Assembly (NCBI GenBank): GCA_016748015.1
Contig: JAAOMT010000058.1
Span: forward strand, 62,001 to 126,000
Reading direction: 5' to 3'
Length of the DNA: 64,000 nucleotides
From: Geosiphon pyriformis uo1
Taxonomy: Eukaryota; Fungi; Glomeromycota
Shown: positions 40,929 through 53,700 of the stretch, piece by piece
How the letters are laid out: each line of letters begins with the position of its first letter
Position numbering within the stretch: the stretch's first letter is position 1
The notes under the pieces: generated by a model
The model's database searches: none
Told to the model about the DNA's origin: nothing
The model's input: only the letters and a program-made list of their open reading frames with translations
Translations under genes and position numbers: made by a program

Positions 40929-42023
40929 TCATGTTTCTGCTCTCAAGGCAGAAATCTCACTGTTGTCGCTACCAGGTGAAGTAGGAGAGGTACCCACGGT
41001 TTGTGAAGGATTTTTTGTGTCAGATCTTTGTTCTAATGTTGTTATTCGTTCGTTTAGGACTAAAATTACATCTTGAACCTAATCGAAGCAACAAATCATC
41101 AGAATTGCTTTGATGAGTGGACGATTTCAATTGGAAATAATAACAGGAATACCATATCCATCGATGTTTGTAGTTGCCTTGCACTAGGTATAGTTATCAT
41201 CTCTGGGGGTGTGGCGTCTTTAATATAGGTCCCCAACTGATATCTGGAAATAAATGAAATTTTTGCCTCAAATGAGAAATAAATAGTGATATATCACCAG
41301 TTTTAAATAAGGATCTTGGAACTTGCAAAGTCACACAATCCAGTTGTATGGTGAAATAATCACTAGAAAAATAAACGATTTTCTAGTATCATAAAATAGA
41401 GTTTTGCCGATATGAAGGAAACAATTTAAAGAAAACCTACCGGATATAGTCAAATTTTCGGGGTGTCGTATAATAAACCTTGCCGATTACGGTGTTACAT
41501 CCGTTACAATAGGAAAGTTTGTAGGTACTATACAATAGAGATTGATGGATTAAAATTCGAACAGACTACAAAAAATGCTCGATATTTGAAAATTGAAATC
41601 AAAAGCCCACCTTCCCAAATCAATGCCTTCCTGCGCCCACACTAATTCAGTTCCAAGGCGTAAATTATATGGTTTGGCTGCCAGAAGTAATCCCCATTTG
41701 AAAAAAATTATATAGAATAACAATAGATCAGCCACTCAATAGTCCATGATAATTTCCCAAAATGGGCAAAGATATGTAAATCAAAACACACCAAATAGCA
41801 CCACACACTTTAGATCGCGATCTGCAGTGACCCACGAGCATGAATCACCCACAATCAAGCGACATTTTGCACATTGAAATATCAAAGGAGCCTTTATCTC
41901 CGCTTCTTCTATGAATCCTGGACGTGGAAAAGGAGACTTTTGTCGTTGTTCTAAAGGAGATAATGGGGACAATTGTTTCTGCTCTTGTTGTGTTTCCTGT
42001 TGCCTCAGCCGTTCTTCTTGCAT
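40929..42023 (-). CDS. mis18: Mis18 (Yippee/Mis18 zinc-binding domain, CENP-A loading factor), multi-exon
   Basis: PLIFQCAKCRLIVGDS and STYKLSYCNGCNTVIGKVYYTTPRKFDYIR (two CxxC motifs), plus a C-terminal coiled segment VQDVILVLNERITTLEQ. GT-AG introns. Confidence 0.85.
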
Positions 42024-42360
42024 TTTTAGCGTGCCTATATGATAAAGGTTCAAAAGAAAGTTTAAAACATATTTTCTGAGTAAAACTTCTAATATTATGA
42101 TAAATACCATTTGAAACTCTATAATTTTAAATAAAAAAATTCAGTAATGCTAACTTAAAAGCAAGTAAACTTTTACTGGCTTTCAAAATATGTTCTTACC
42201 TAAAATTCGGCTATCAGTAGTATCATAACATTTGAAGAATTTTAAATAATTGCATTTCTTAACAAATTATTTATAATTTCTAAAAAAATTCCTCTTACCC
42301 AAATTCTAAAAGAAAATATTTAACAACAAAAAATTTAATTTACTTAAAAAAGTGTAATCC

Positions 42361-42410
42361 GATATGGCTTATGCACTTTTACACATGACCAGTTATTTAG
42401 ACTTATGTTA
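42361..42410 (-). repeat. LINE 3'UTR remnant upstream of mis18
   Basis: Reverse complement TAAATAACTGGTCATGTGTAAAAGTGCATAAGCCAT closely matches the LINE 3'UTR at 43235-43275. Confidence 0.8.
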
Positions 42411-43290
42411 AGTTGAATTATAGGCCATAAATCCATTTTACTTATAAAATTAATCTAAAATATTATTACTTTTAACAAATTTATTTATCTAAATACAGGT
42501 TTTTTTGTTAAATTAAATAAAACTATTAACTTTATAAGCATATTATTACCAATAAAAAGATAACAATTTTTTGTTTTTTTATTATTTATTAAGTATATAT
42601 TATATTCTTTTTTAATCTAAAATAAGCTTTTATATAAATTAGAAATTAATATACCAAAACTTATAAATTAATTTTTAAAAATAAGTAATTATTGTTTTAA
42701 TATTAAATTTTTTGTTTTTAATAACTAACAAAAAAATAATTTAAATTGCCAAAAATTTTATTAAATAAGTTAAATTCAATTTAAAACAAATATTTTGTTA
42801 AATATAACAGTCCGAACAAATAGACAGAGCAGAGGAACAAAAGACCCCGTGCCAAAATAGAAAAAACCTTATTAGGCGAATTAATAGGCAAACAAATATA
42901 ATAAATAAAACAATAAAAAATTGGTTAAAACTTAACAAATAATTTAAAAATATATATTAATATGCTTAAAATTATGTTTTTTATGCTTATTAAACAATTA
43001 TTTTGGGTTTAAAATATAATTTACAAACTAAAAAATTATTATTGTGTTTAATAGTTAAGTTGTTATAAATAAAATTTTAAAGACAAAAATCTTAATTTTT
43101 AAAATTAAAAGACATTAAATAATTAACTTAATTAAAAAATTTTAATATATATTAATTTTATTTTTTATTTTTTTAATGAGTGCAACCTAACCACTATCTA
43201 ATATACAGAGTCAAAGCAAAATAAATCAAACTAAACATGGCTTATGTACTTACTACATGTGACCAGTTATTTGAGCCCATCAAGACAGTA

Positions 43291-46200
43291 TTATATACTT
43301 ACAAAGACTCTCAAACTAACATTTAAACCAGAAAAAAATAAACAATCCTTCCTCAAACCAAAACTAACAGCAAATGACTCAATGACACCAAGCATACAAA
43401 CTGCACTCTTAGACAGCTGACAAGACAAACTACACAAAGAAACAAAAACAGCACCAGTATCACAAACTAAACCACACTTTTCCATATTAGTATAGAATTT
43501 AAATCTTAACAACCATACTCTACTGTGATAGTTATCCTTCAAATGGCAGACAAAATTGACAACCATCAACATGGCTTTCTTCCTGTTACCAAATATAGAA
43601 ACAGCTTTCTTAATTCAATCTCTAAAAACAAAACTTTTGCACATCACAGTATATATACCACAATCTATAAGCCTCATGAGAGTAAGTAATATTGAAGATG
43701 AAACTGAAAAATGATCACCTGCCAATAATTTTCACAAAACCACCAAATTAAATACAATCTTTGAACAAACCACAGTATCTGCAACACACATAAAAGCATG
43801 ATCAAAAAGCTCAACCTTACTACACATCAAACACAAAATGCTCAAATAGCTTTTGTCATATAGTTTTTTACGAACAGCAACTGGCAATCTTCTGTAAACA
43901 GTTTTTATTAGATAAGTATGCAAAGCAGCCGACTTTCTACTAGTAAAATCTGTCAATATATGAGAGTTTGGATGCCACACAGATGCCATGTACTCCCAGT
44001 TAATATGTCTAATAACCAATTCATCTAGTATATTAATACCAGGCCTAGTTTTCTACAAAGTCTGATTCATAGTACAAAAAATATTGTGCACAAAATGACG
44101 AGCATTGCCAAAGATGATGAGTCCATCTGCCATAAGAAACTTATTAGAAACCTTAGCAGAAAGAACCAGGTTCAAATGCACTACAGCACAAGCCAAAGCA
44201 TCAACATGATTATTGCCAACCACATCCGAATGCCCTTTTACTTTCATCTACTTAACAGAAATGTCTTTTGACTTAACCAAATCAGCAATATGAAACCTCT
44301 TTATCTAGCATTGATTTCGAAAGTCAGGCTGATCCAATTCGCATTTTGATGCACAAGCAGTCAAAGCTGCCTGACTATTAGAGTGAAATACAACTGAGCA
44401 TGATAAGAGAACATACTCCAAAGCCAAAGTAATTGCTTGCAGTTCTACTAAAATAGAGGACAGCAGGTCCTGAACACTCACACCTACACCCATGTCAATT
44501 TCAGAAAAAAAGCTGCAGTCCTACAAGCCACATCTTTTGTACCCAAACTACTTAACAAACTATTAGTAAATATGTTTAGCTCTCCAGCCCAAACCTTATG
44601 CAAATGTTTGTGAGCACTCAAAAAGTCAAACAAACACAGAAAGTTAGAATAGTTCACAACAGCCAAACCTTTACCAGGCTCTGTCAAATGATTGGTCATA
44701 TGCACAAAGGCTTTAATGAACCAAGTTGGTACTAAATTTTTAAGACTTAATCTCTTCCAATGCTGAAAAGTTTTCCAATTTATTATATAACCATACTTGT
44801 TAAGCAAAACATTACCAAAGGTAACACCAAAATGCTTCAAAGAATGTATCACATTAAAATAAGAGGTGAGTTCCAGAATCCCAAACATCAGAATGTGACC
44901 AGAGCAATGAAATACAATAAGTATATAGTTAAACAAAGAAATGTTAACATCAACAAAAATTCTCACAACACCAGCCAAAAAATTATCTGATGGATAAACT
45001 CTCAACTTAACAGGATGACACAATAGATGAAAAGATGCCCACCTTAAAACCTGTAAATCTAAAGCATGATATTCAAACAAACAATTTAATATTTCAGATG
45101 CATTAAAGAAACTGATCACCAAAGCAATCTTGGTTTCAGCTTGTATTTGTTCAAATGATTTTAGACTATATAATAATGAGTGATACAAGGCCTCATTGAA
45201 AAAATCTCTTGGCAAAAGAGCTTTAGACCTAAGCCCCCTTTTAATCAAAATGTCTCACTTTTGACACACACTCTTAGCAATAAAACTAAACTGCATACAA
45301 TAATTGACAATAGGCTGGAGAACTGCCGAAACCAAATATAAGAATTGCTTATTAAACACCACTTTCTTGAGAACCATATTTGAGAAGGACCTTACATCCA
45401 CATGAGCCTTGGCAAGACTAGGTTTGAACAAACCCTCTGTAGACAAAAATATGCCCAAGTACCTGTAAGATTTGCCTTTTCTCACCACAGATATGGGCCT
45501 ACCACTAATGCTCAAAGAGATATCTGCTACTCTTTGGTTGATGGGAATGGCCACAGTCTTGTCATTGTTAATAGAAATATTGTTAATCTTGAAGAATTCA
45601 CTAACAATATCCAAAATGTACTGTGTTGACACTTGACCATTTTCTATCCAAATTGTATTGTTACGGGTTGGAGTAACAAGCTAATGGATAGCAAAAAAAA
45701 CAGAATTGTAGGGTAATGGAAATAATCAAAGGGGAATTTAACTTTAAAGAGTGAATTGAATGAGTATGGATTCAATGTATGAGATTAGTCTCATAAAATA
45801 TCTCAGTTGCTATTCTTTTCAAAGGTAACTGAGGAATCTAAAGGTAGAGGAATAGTCCATACTGTCAACAATTGATCACCACTAGTATAATTCTATGCCT
45901 CATGTCAGCACTCTTAGAATTCAATATCAGGTATCAACTTGTGCTTTTTAATCACATTTATTCAAATAATCTTCAAATGCTACAATTATATACGTCAGAA
46001 AAAGGCCAACAAGTAATCTTTTATCTTTAAGATGTTTAGATACTTGAAAGTAGGAAAAGAGAAATTAGTAATAAGAGAAGAATTGAGATGAAAGTTGTTA
46101 TTTTATTTATTCTTGATTATTCAGATGCTTGTTATTACATACTTTTCTACAGCTAAGAGATTCATTGCTTATATAACTATCAAAAATGGTCAATGATCAG

Positions 46201-48660
46201 ATCAATGATCAGGTCAATGGTCAGGTCAATGGTCAGGTTATTGATCAGGTCAATGATCATTTTCTAAAAATAGTGTGGCTAATCATATAACATCAGTGGC
46301 TAATACATATGATAATTAATAAGAAATATAGGTCTCAACCATAATAGTATCATCCACAAAAGCACCAGCTGCAAAAAAAGAGAATTTACTATTGCAAGCC
46401 TCCACCCTGCCAGTTTTTACTACAAAATTTGAATTGATTCTATAACCACACAAATGTTCTTGCCTTTTAACCTTATACAACAAAGAGTCATAAAAAACTC
46501 TCCAAAGAAATGGAAAGAAGACCTCCCTTTGATTCAAACCATCATGGACCACATAGCCATCTGAGAGACCAAAGTCAATCATTATCTTATTGTATCTGTT
46601 CTCATAAATATTACCAAAAAATTTAATGAATTTGCTACACATTTTGATGCATTTTAAACTCAACCTCAAATGATGCCAACAGACAGAATCATATGCTTTG
46701 CGCATATTCTGTAAGACCAGCCAGATTTCATGACTCTTCTTCAAAGCATCCTCAATAACTGAGCTCACAGCAAAAACGGAAGATTGAGTTGAAGTGCTTT
46801 TCAAGACTGAAAAGTTGTCACCACGCAGAATGCCAAACTTGCTACATACAGACAAGATACAATCAGACAGGACCTTAGACAAAATTTTTCTTGCAGTTTC
46901 TATGAGTGCAATCAGCCTGGTGTTAATTAGAATCCCATTCCAGTCATAAGGCTTGGGAATCATGAAAACCCAAGCCCTTTTCCAAGGCATGAGAACATTG
47001 CCCACCTTCAAGTAAAAATTCAACAGATCCAGAAAACATGTCATAACCTCATCATCACAGTGCTTCCACAATTTGTTAGGTATACTAGAAAAACCAGCAG
47101 TCTTTCTATTGGGTAAACTGCTAACCATCAAAGATAACTCTCCCAAACTAATGTCACACATAACTTCTGAAAAAGCAGCATTGTCAACATACTCCAAAGA
47201 ATTATATTGATGGGCCCACAGATTGAATAAGATTGGAGAGACTCTCCTTTTATGAATCCAACCCACCATGATTTTATTTACTCTGGATTTTACCTCACCA
47301 GGCTTTAAAACCAGCTCATCTCCAATTACCAAATGATTTAGAACAATCTTGCAAAATGACCACTCTAAGATACTTTTGATCATACTGCCTTTATCTGAAA
47401 TGAAATTCTCCATATGCTTATCAATCATATTCCTAATGTGTCCATTTTTGGCTAGCTTAGCCTCATAGTATTTGGACTTACAATAACACTTCTTAGCTCT
47501 AAACAAATGTTTAAGTAGCACAGTCAATTTAGGAATACCATGATGCAAGGTGAGAAACTTAGAGGCCTTATCATCATCAAGAGTTGACCAAACCCAAACA
47601 AAATAATCAAATTCCAACATTTGTTCTAAGAACAAGCATTTTATATCTTAGCCATTAAAGATTCTAATTTGAAAAACTTAGAAGACTGCCTGTTTTTTGG
47701 GCAGTCAAACTTACTAAACCAGTGTCTAGAAAATATCTCATCAGCTGAATCACACAATACACATTTTAAAACCTCTCATATTTCATCCAAATCCCCCTTT
47801 TTCTTTGCGATCAGAAAGGAACTCAGAAACATAGCCAACCTAGCTGAAGAAAGTTCTTTGAAATACACCCACTTGGCCACATCCACATTTTTGATCTTAA
47901 GCTTTTATCTGTTTTTATTAGTCTGTTTGCAAACATTGTTTAGATGCGCATTAACTAAACCTCTCAACCCAACCAAGATTCCAACTATTTCATGATCAGT
48001 ATCAAAAATTTCAAACACAGAGGTGACTTCACATCCAACAATAGCTGAAGCCAAAATGTCACTCACAAAAACATAATCTATAGTTTTCAAAACCCCGTGC
48101 AAATTGTTCCAAGTACTAGATTTACTCAAAGAAAATCCAATTAATGAGTTGACCAAACCCAACTTTAAACACTTCTTGAAACTTGCACATCTTTTAAACC
48201 CATCCTCATTGAAATCACTACCAAAAACCACAAAAGAGCTTGTATTCACAGTCTTAGAACTAAGAGAATTAATGCTAGAGGCCTGAAAGAAGTGAGTCTT
48301 GGCTGAAACACCAGCATACAAACCTAGAAGAGTCACTGAAAGTTTATTCTTAAACAGCAAATGAACAGAAATAATCCGATCAGGAATTTCCTCAATCTTT
48401 GAAACATGTCAAGCCAGTGAACTATTTATTATAATAGCTATCCCTGTACCTAAAAAGCCCATCTCAAGGCCAGAAGTAAAAATCCTAACACCTTCAAACT
48501 TGTCCTTGATCCAAGGTCTAACACACACCCTCATCTTAGTTTCAGTAAGAATGAAAACCATGTTACTAGACTTTAAATGCCTATAAACAATATCCTCCTG
48601 TTTTGCTGGATTGGTCATACCCTTAACATTGCATGTGACAATCTTCCATACTAAATCAAT
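43291..48660 (-). pseudogene. LINE ORF2 (endonuclease-RT-RNase H-Zn finger), interrupted
   Basis: ORF fragments from 48409-48702 down to 43291-43572 occur in the canonical domain order. Confidence 0.9.
45659..46346 (-). repeat. Solo LTR of family B with perfect 4-bp TSD GTAT
   Basis: GTAT|TGTTACGG...CCATAATA|GTAT. Reverse-complement homolog of 9514-10169. Confidence 0.92.
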
Positions 48661-49521
48661 TATTGGGAAGCAGAAAACACCCAAGAACCCAAGCCGGTGC
48701 ACAACTAATCTAACTTTACCAATACAAAACCAATTGAGGCTTCAAGAGCCACCAATTTGGACTCCAAACAGCTCACTTTAGTTGTCAAAATTTTTGAGCT
48801 ATTGAGACCCAGAGCAGAAACAACAGAGGGAGATGCAGGCACTACTACTGAACTATCTAAAACCATATCCGAGTTTAAATCTAAATTGATGTTTACTGGA
48901 ATGATTAAAAGACCAGAAGAAGAAGAGAGACCAAGGGCACCAATTCTATGCTGCTAAGTTTGCATACAATGTCAGAGATCTGATCATCCAAGAGCTCTAA
49001 GGAGCATTTTAAAGAGGCCAAATGAGCATTCAAAGACAAATTGTCAGCCAGAACAAAAAAAAAACCACCACTCAAATCTGAGACACCAGAAGAAAAAGAA
49101 CCAGAACCATAATCAGAATCAAATTGAAGACCACCAAAAGAAAATGCAAAAGAAACTACTTGAGCCCATGACTTGTCACCAAAAGCAGCAGAGCAAGAAA
49201 TAGAAACATTTTTCTTTGCATATAATCTAACCAGCTAAAAACACTTCACATCAGAAGCATTTTTTTTCAAGTTTTTTTTTTTAGAGAGGACAAACATCAG
49301 AGTGTCAGAAGCATCATATTCTAAAGCTAAGTGTCCAAACTTCTCACATTTTTCACATCAAACCAAGTTCAATCTAGTCTAAGAAAGTCTTATGCCACCA
49401 AAAATTGGCTCAGTGCAAAATGCAGATTCAAGCTTATTTTCAGATTCAAAACCAATGACAGTGCAGCAAGTTTGGTTGTCAATCTCCAAAAAACAATTGA
49501 TCATACAAGTTTTCTTACTAG

Positions 49522-50431
49522 TGTTACAAGTAACTATTTTTGGTGTTGGATTAAATAACAAACCCATAACTTGGTGCTCAAATCTAATTGCAATTGATAG
49601 TGATCTGAAGGTTTGTGTCTGAAAGGTTTGTATTCAAAGGTTTTGGTTGAGTTTTTTGTATAATAGACAGAGATTCAATGGTAATAGTTTTATCCATAGC
49701 TTCCCGAAACTGCAGTTTTGTCAATTTTTTTCTCAGCTTAATGGCTGGTATTCCTCCTGGTAAGTTATCCTCAATTGAATGTTCTACCTTTATTTTTGGG
49801 TCTTTTACCAGTCACATTTATCCTGACGTCAGTACTCCACACGTTAATTCTTAATAGAGTTAGTAAACAACAATAAAATCAAAGCAAGAAATTAAAAAAA
49901 GAAAAGAAAATAAAGAAAGAAAAGAAATAAGCCAAGACAATTTGCAAATTAGTATTCTGTCAATAGCCATAATTAAGAGCTATTGTTCTAGTGTGGTTAA
50001 GTATCAATTACTATCAACACTTTATGTTGATAGTAGCAGTAGGTTTAAGATAACAAACAGTTATTTATTTGTGGTTTGGAAAGTTGTTCAGATAAAATCT
50101 AAACTGAGAGATCTGTCTTTTTAGCTTTTAATTCTACTGCTATATATACATAATTGAGATTTCTCAATTCCTCAATTCTTCACAACAGGAATCCTGGAAT
50201 TCCTGGAATCCTGCAATTCCTTTGAGAGGAATTTTGGAATTCTGGAATTCTGCAATTCCTGAGAGGAATCCTGGAATTCCTGGAATCCTGCAATTCCTTT
50301 GAGAGGAATTCTGGAATTCTGGAATTCTGCAATTCCTGAGAGGAATCTTGGAATTCCACATTTTACTATGTCTACTTCTGATTGGTTAATAACTATGCTA
50401 ATATATATTCTCTATATTTCTATAAATAACA
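49522..50431 (-). repeat. 3' LTR of Gypsy C
   Basis: Colinear with 58544-59414. The adjacent PPT reads AAAAGGAGAGAATAA on the minus strand. Confidence 0.93.
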
Positions 50432-50443
50432 TTATTCTCTCCT

Positions 50444-50780
50444 TTTAATATTGAGCTCTGTCAAAATCTAACTCTGTTAATTCTCCTTTTTGAAGTATTT
50501 CCTGAATTTTATTTTTGAGAATTACTTGTGTTATTTAAGTCTGTAATTCTTCAAATTGAGTGTTGGTGATCTTTCCTAATTGATTACTGGTAACCATATC
50601 CATTGCTTTATTGTGTAAGATTTCTGGTTGATCCTGAAATGCTGTGTGTATTCAGTATATGGCTTGGGTCTGTGTAGATAAGTTGTTCTTTCTCACAAAA
50701 TGTTCTAATTGTTGTAGTATTTTTGTGTCAAATAATCACTTTGTTTTATCTGTATATAGATTCTGGATATTCACATGTTG
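50444..50780 (-). pseudogene. Short ORF3 (env position) of Gypsy C
   Basis: A frame after the integrase reads ...QAIY*IHTAFQDQPEILHNKAMDMVTSNQLGKITNTQFEEL...LDFDRAQY*. The internal stops are explicable as C>T. Confidence 0.5.
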
Positions 50781-53700
50781 TTGTTAATGATGATGATTGG
50801 TTCCAGATCTCGTGAAATCTCCTCTGGTTGGACTAGTATCTTCTGTACTTCTAATTGTGGAATATTACTGGTAGATGGTGGTGTGATGTTGTGGTATGGT
50901 TTCAGTCGATCTCTATGTGCTGCTTTGGTTAAGATTTTGTTATTCAGTTTTAATTTGTAAGCTCTATTCCCTAGAATTTCTTCTATGTGAAATGGTTCAT
51001 CCCATTTGGGGTCGAATTTTCCACTCCATTGTTTTTCTATTTTGGTACAATGTAAGAGTACTTTGTCTTCAATTTTAAATTCAACTGGTTTGTCTGGTAG
51101 TTAATTATTATGTCTTTCTTTCTGTTTCTCTTGTGACTTTTGTATGTTATTAGCTGCTCTTTTTTGTTTGTTTTCCAATGTTTTCATTAAGTTATATGTT
51201 CTTTTTAACAATGTTTTTTGGAAATTTTCTTCTGTTATTGGTTCAGTTGAATATGTATTAACCTCTATCTCAACTGGTAATATTGCTGTTCTACTGTATA
51301 TCAATTCAAATAGTGTTGCTTGTGTGGTATCTTGCTTCATTGTCTAATAAGCAAATAATACTGATGGTATAAACAAATCCCATTTGTCCTGGTTTTTTTG
51401 GCTGAGTTTCGCTATTGCTTCACACAATGTTCTATTAAATCTTTCAACTAATCTATTGGTTTGTGGATGGTATAGTAATGATAGTGGTCTCTTAATTCCG
51501 AATCTTTGGCTTAGTTCTGCTAATGTTCTATTCACAAAATGGGTTCCTTGGTTTGATAATAGTTCTTTTGAACATCCATGTCAACAAATCAGATCTTAAT
51601 GGATGAATTTGACAACGGATTCTGCATCTGCTCTTTGAATTGCTTTGGCTTCTGGCCATTTAGTAAGATAGTCCATGGCTACTGCAATATATCTGTTGCC
51701 TTTGCTGGTAATTGTCAATGGTCTGACTAAATTGATTCCAATATGGTCAAATGATTGTCCCACTTTGATTGGTCTCAATGGTTTGCTAAGTCTTGTTCCT
51801 CCTCTTCTTTGACAAGCATCACAATTTTGCACATATTAGATAATGTCTGGATACATTAATGGCCAATAGTATCTTTTTCTGGTTCTTTCCATGGTTGCTT
51901 CTTTATGAAAATGTCCTGCAGTTGGATCTGAGTGCATGTTGAACAGTATTGTCTCCTTTTCTGGTTCTGTAATTACTCTGGTTGGTTGATCTGAATCTTT
52001 TCTATTTTTCCGATAAAGTATATTTTGGTGAGTGATAAAATATTTGGATTGTTGTTTGATCCTTTTTTGTTCTGGTTGAGATAATTTCTCCTTGAACTGT
52101 TGAATATCTATATAATGTTGAAGTTGTTGATATTTTTGTGTGTTTATTTTTTGTTATATTTTTGTGAGTATTGTTTTGGTTTTGTTATATTTTTGAGTTG
52201 AAATGTTCTTAGATTTGTCTTATTTGCAACAAACTGTCAGTATTTTTATTGTCTTTTCCCTTTTTATAATGTATGGTATAAGTATATGTCAAAAGAGCCA
52301 TTTTTTATCTTGACTGTCTTTCATCTCCAAATTCTTGTTTTTGGAGTGATGTCAATTCTTTGTGATCTGTGTACACCTCAAACTTTTGGCTCAAGTATTC
52401 TTTTCATTTCATAACTGCCCAATAGATTGCTAAGTGTTTTAATTCTGGTGTTCCATAGTTCTTTTTGGCTGGTGTTAAATCTCAGCTGGTGTATGCGACT
52501 GGATGTTCTCTTCTATCTGGTCCTTTTTGAGATAGTACTGCTCTCAATGCTTGATCTGATGCATCAGTGGTGATAATAAATAGTTTACTATGATCTGGAT
52601 AGATTAATACTGAAGCTTGAATAAGCTTTCTTCTTAAGATGTTAAATGCTTCTTACTGGGTTTCAGTCCATTCATATTTTGCATTTTTGGTTTGAAGATC
52701 ATTGAGTGGTTGTGCTATCTTTGAAAAATTCTTTATGAAGTGTCTATAATAGCTCGCGAATTCCAAGAATAATTTCAGCTTAGTTACATTGATTGGTATT
52801 GGAAAGTTCTTTACTATCTCTATTTTCTTTGGATTTGTTTTTATGCCATCTTTGCTAACTATGTGTTCCAAGAATTTTAGTTCTGTTTTGTCAAAAAAAC
52901 ACTTTGTTGCATTTAATTTTAATTCTGCTTGTCATAGTCTTTTGAACACTTGTTGGAGATGATGTAGATAATCATTAAATGTTTTTGAGAACACATTGGT
53001 ATTATCCAAGTATACAACTACTGATTTCTACAATAAGCTGGTATACACAATTTCCATTAGCTATTGGAATATAGCTGGAGCATTGGTTAAGCCGAATGGC
53101 ATAACTTCAAACTCAAAGTTTTCTTCTCTTGTGGTGAATGCTGTTTTTTCTTTGTCAGCTGGATTTATAACTACTTGTTAGTAACCACTATCCAAGTCTA
53201 ACATTGAGAACTATTTGTTTCTACCAAAGCATTGAATAGATTTTGTATCCATGGAGTTGGATAGCTGTCTCCACAAGTTACACTATTAAGTTTCCTGTAG
53301 TCTACACAAAATTAGATTTTTCTATTCTTCTTACAAACAAGTACTATTGGTAATAACTATGGGCTCATTGATGGCTGAATTAACCTATTGTCAAGCATTC
53401 AGTTGATTTTTTGACAGATGATTTCATGGTTGGCTGGTGGTACCCTATATGCTCACTGTTTAATTGGCATTGCATCTCCAGTCTTGATCTGATGCTGGAT
53501 AATATTAGTTCTGCCAAATTTGTTTTTACTGGTAAAGATGTCATTGAAATTATTAAGTAACATCTTTAGTTGCATCTGTTGAAGTGGGTCTAGATTTTCC
53601 ATGTTCATCTGTTCCAATTGTTCTGGCTGTAACAGATAACATTTGTTTCGTTCATAGATGGTTTGTGATATAATGTCCACATATTCACAAAGCTATGGAA

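Noticed and set aside
40929-43275. Centromere at this locus (mis18 gene next to CDEI-like motifs and AT-rich DNA)
   Set aside because: The motif belongs to dispersed LINE 3'UTRs found next to all five genes. A gene's function does not indicate centromere position.
46316-47635. Prokaryotic-type RT system (retron, DGR or group II intron), suggested by the unusual FVDD motif
   Set aside because: The APE endonuclease, RNase H, ORF1 and poly(A) tail identify an ordinary eukaryotic LINE.
50185-50360. CRISPR-like repeat array
   Set aside because: There are no unique spacers. It is a tandem array inside an LTR and is also present in the partner LTR.
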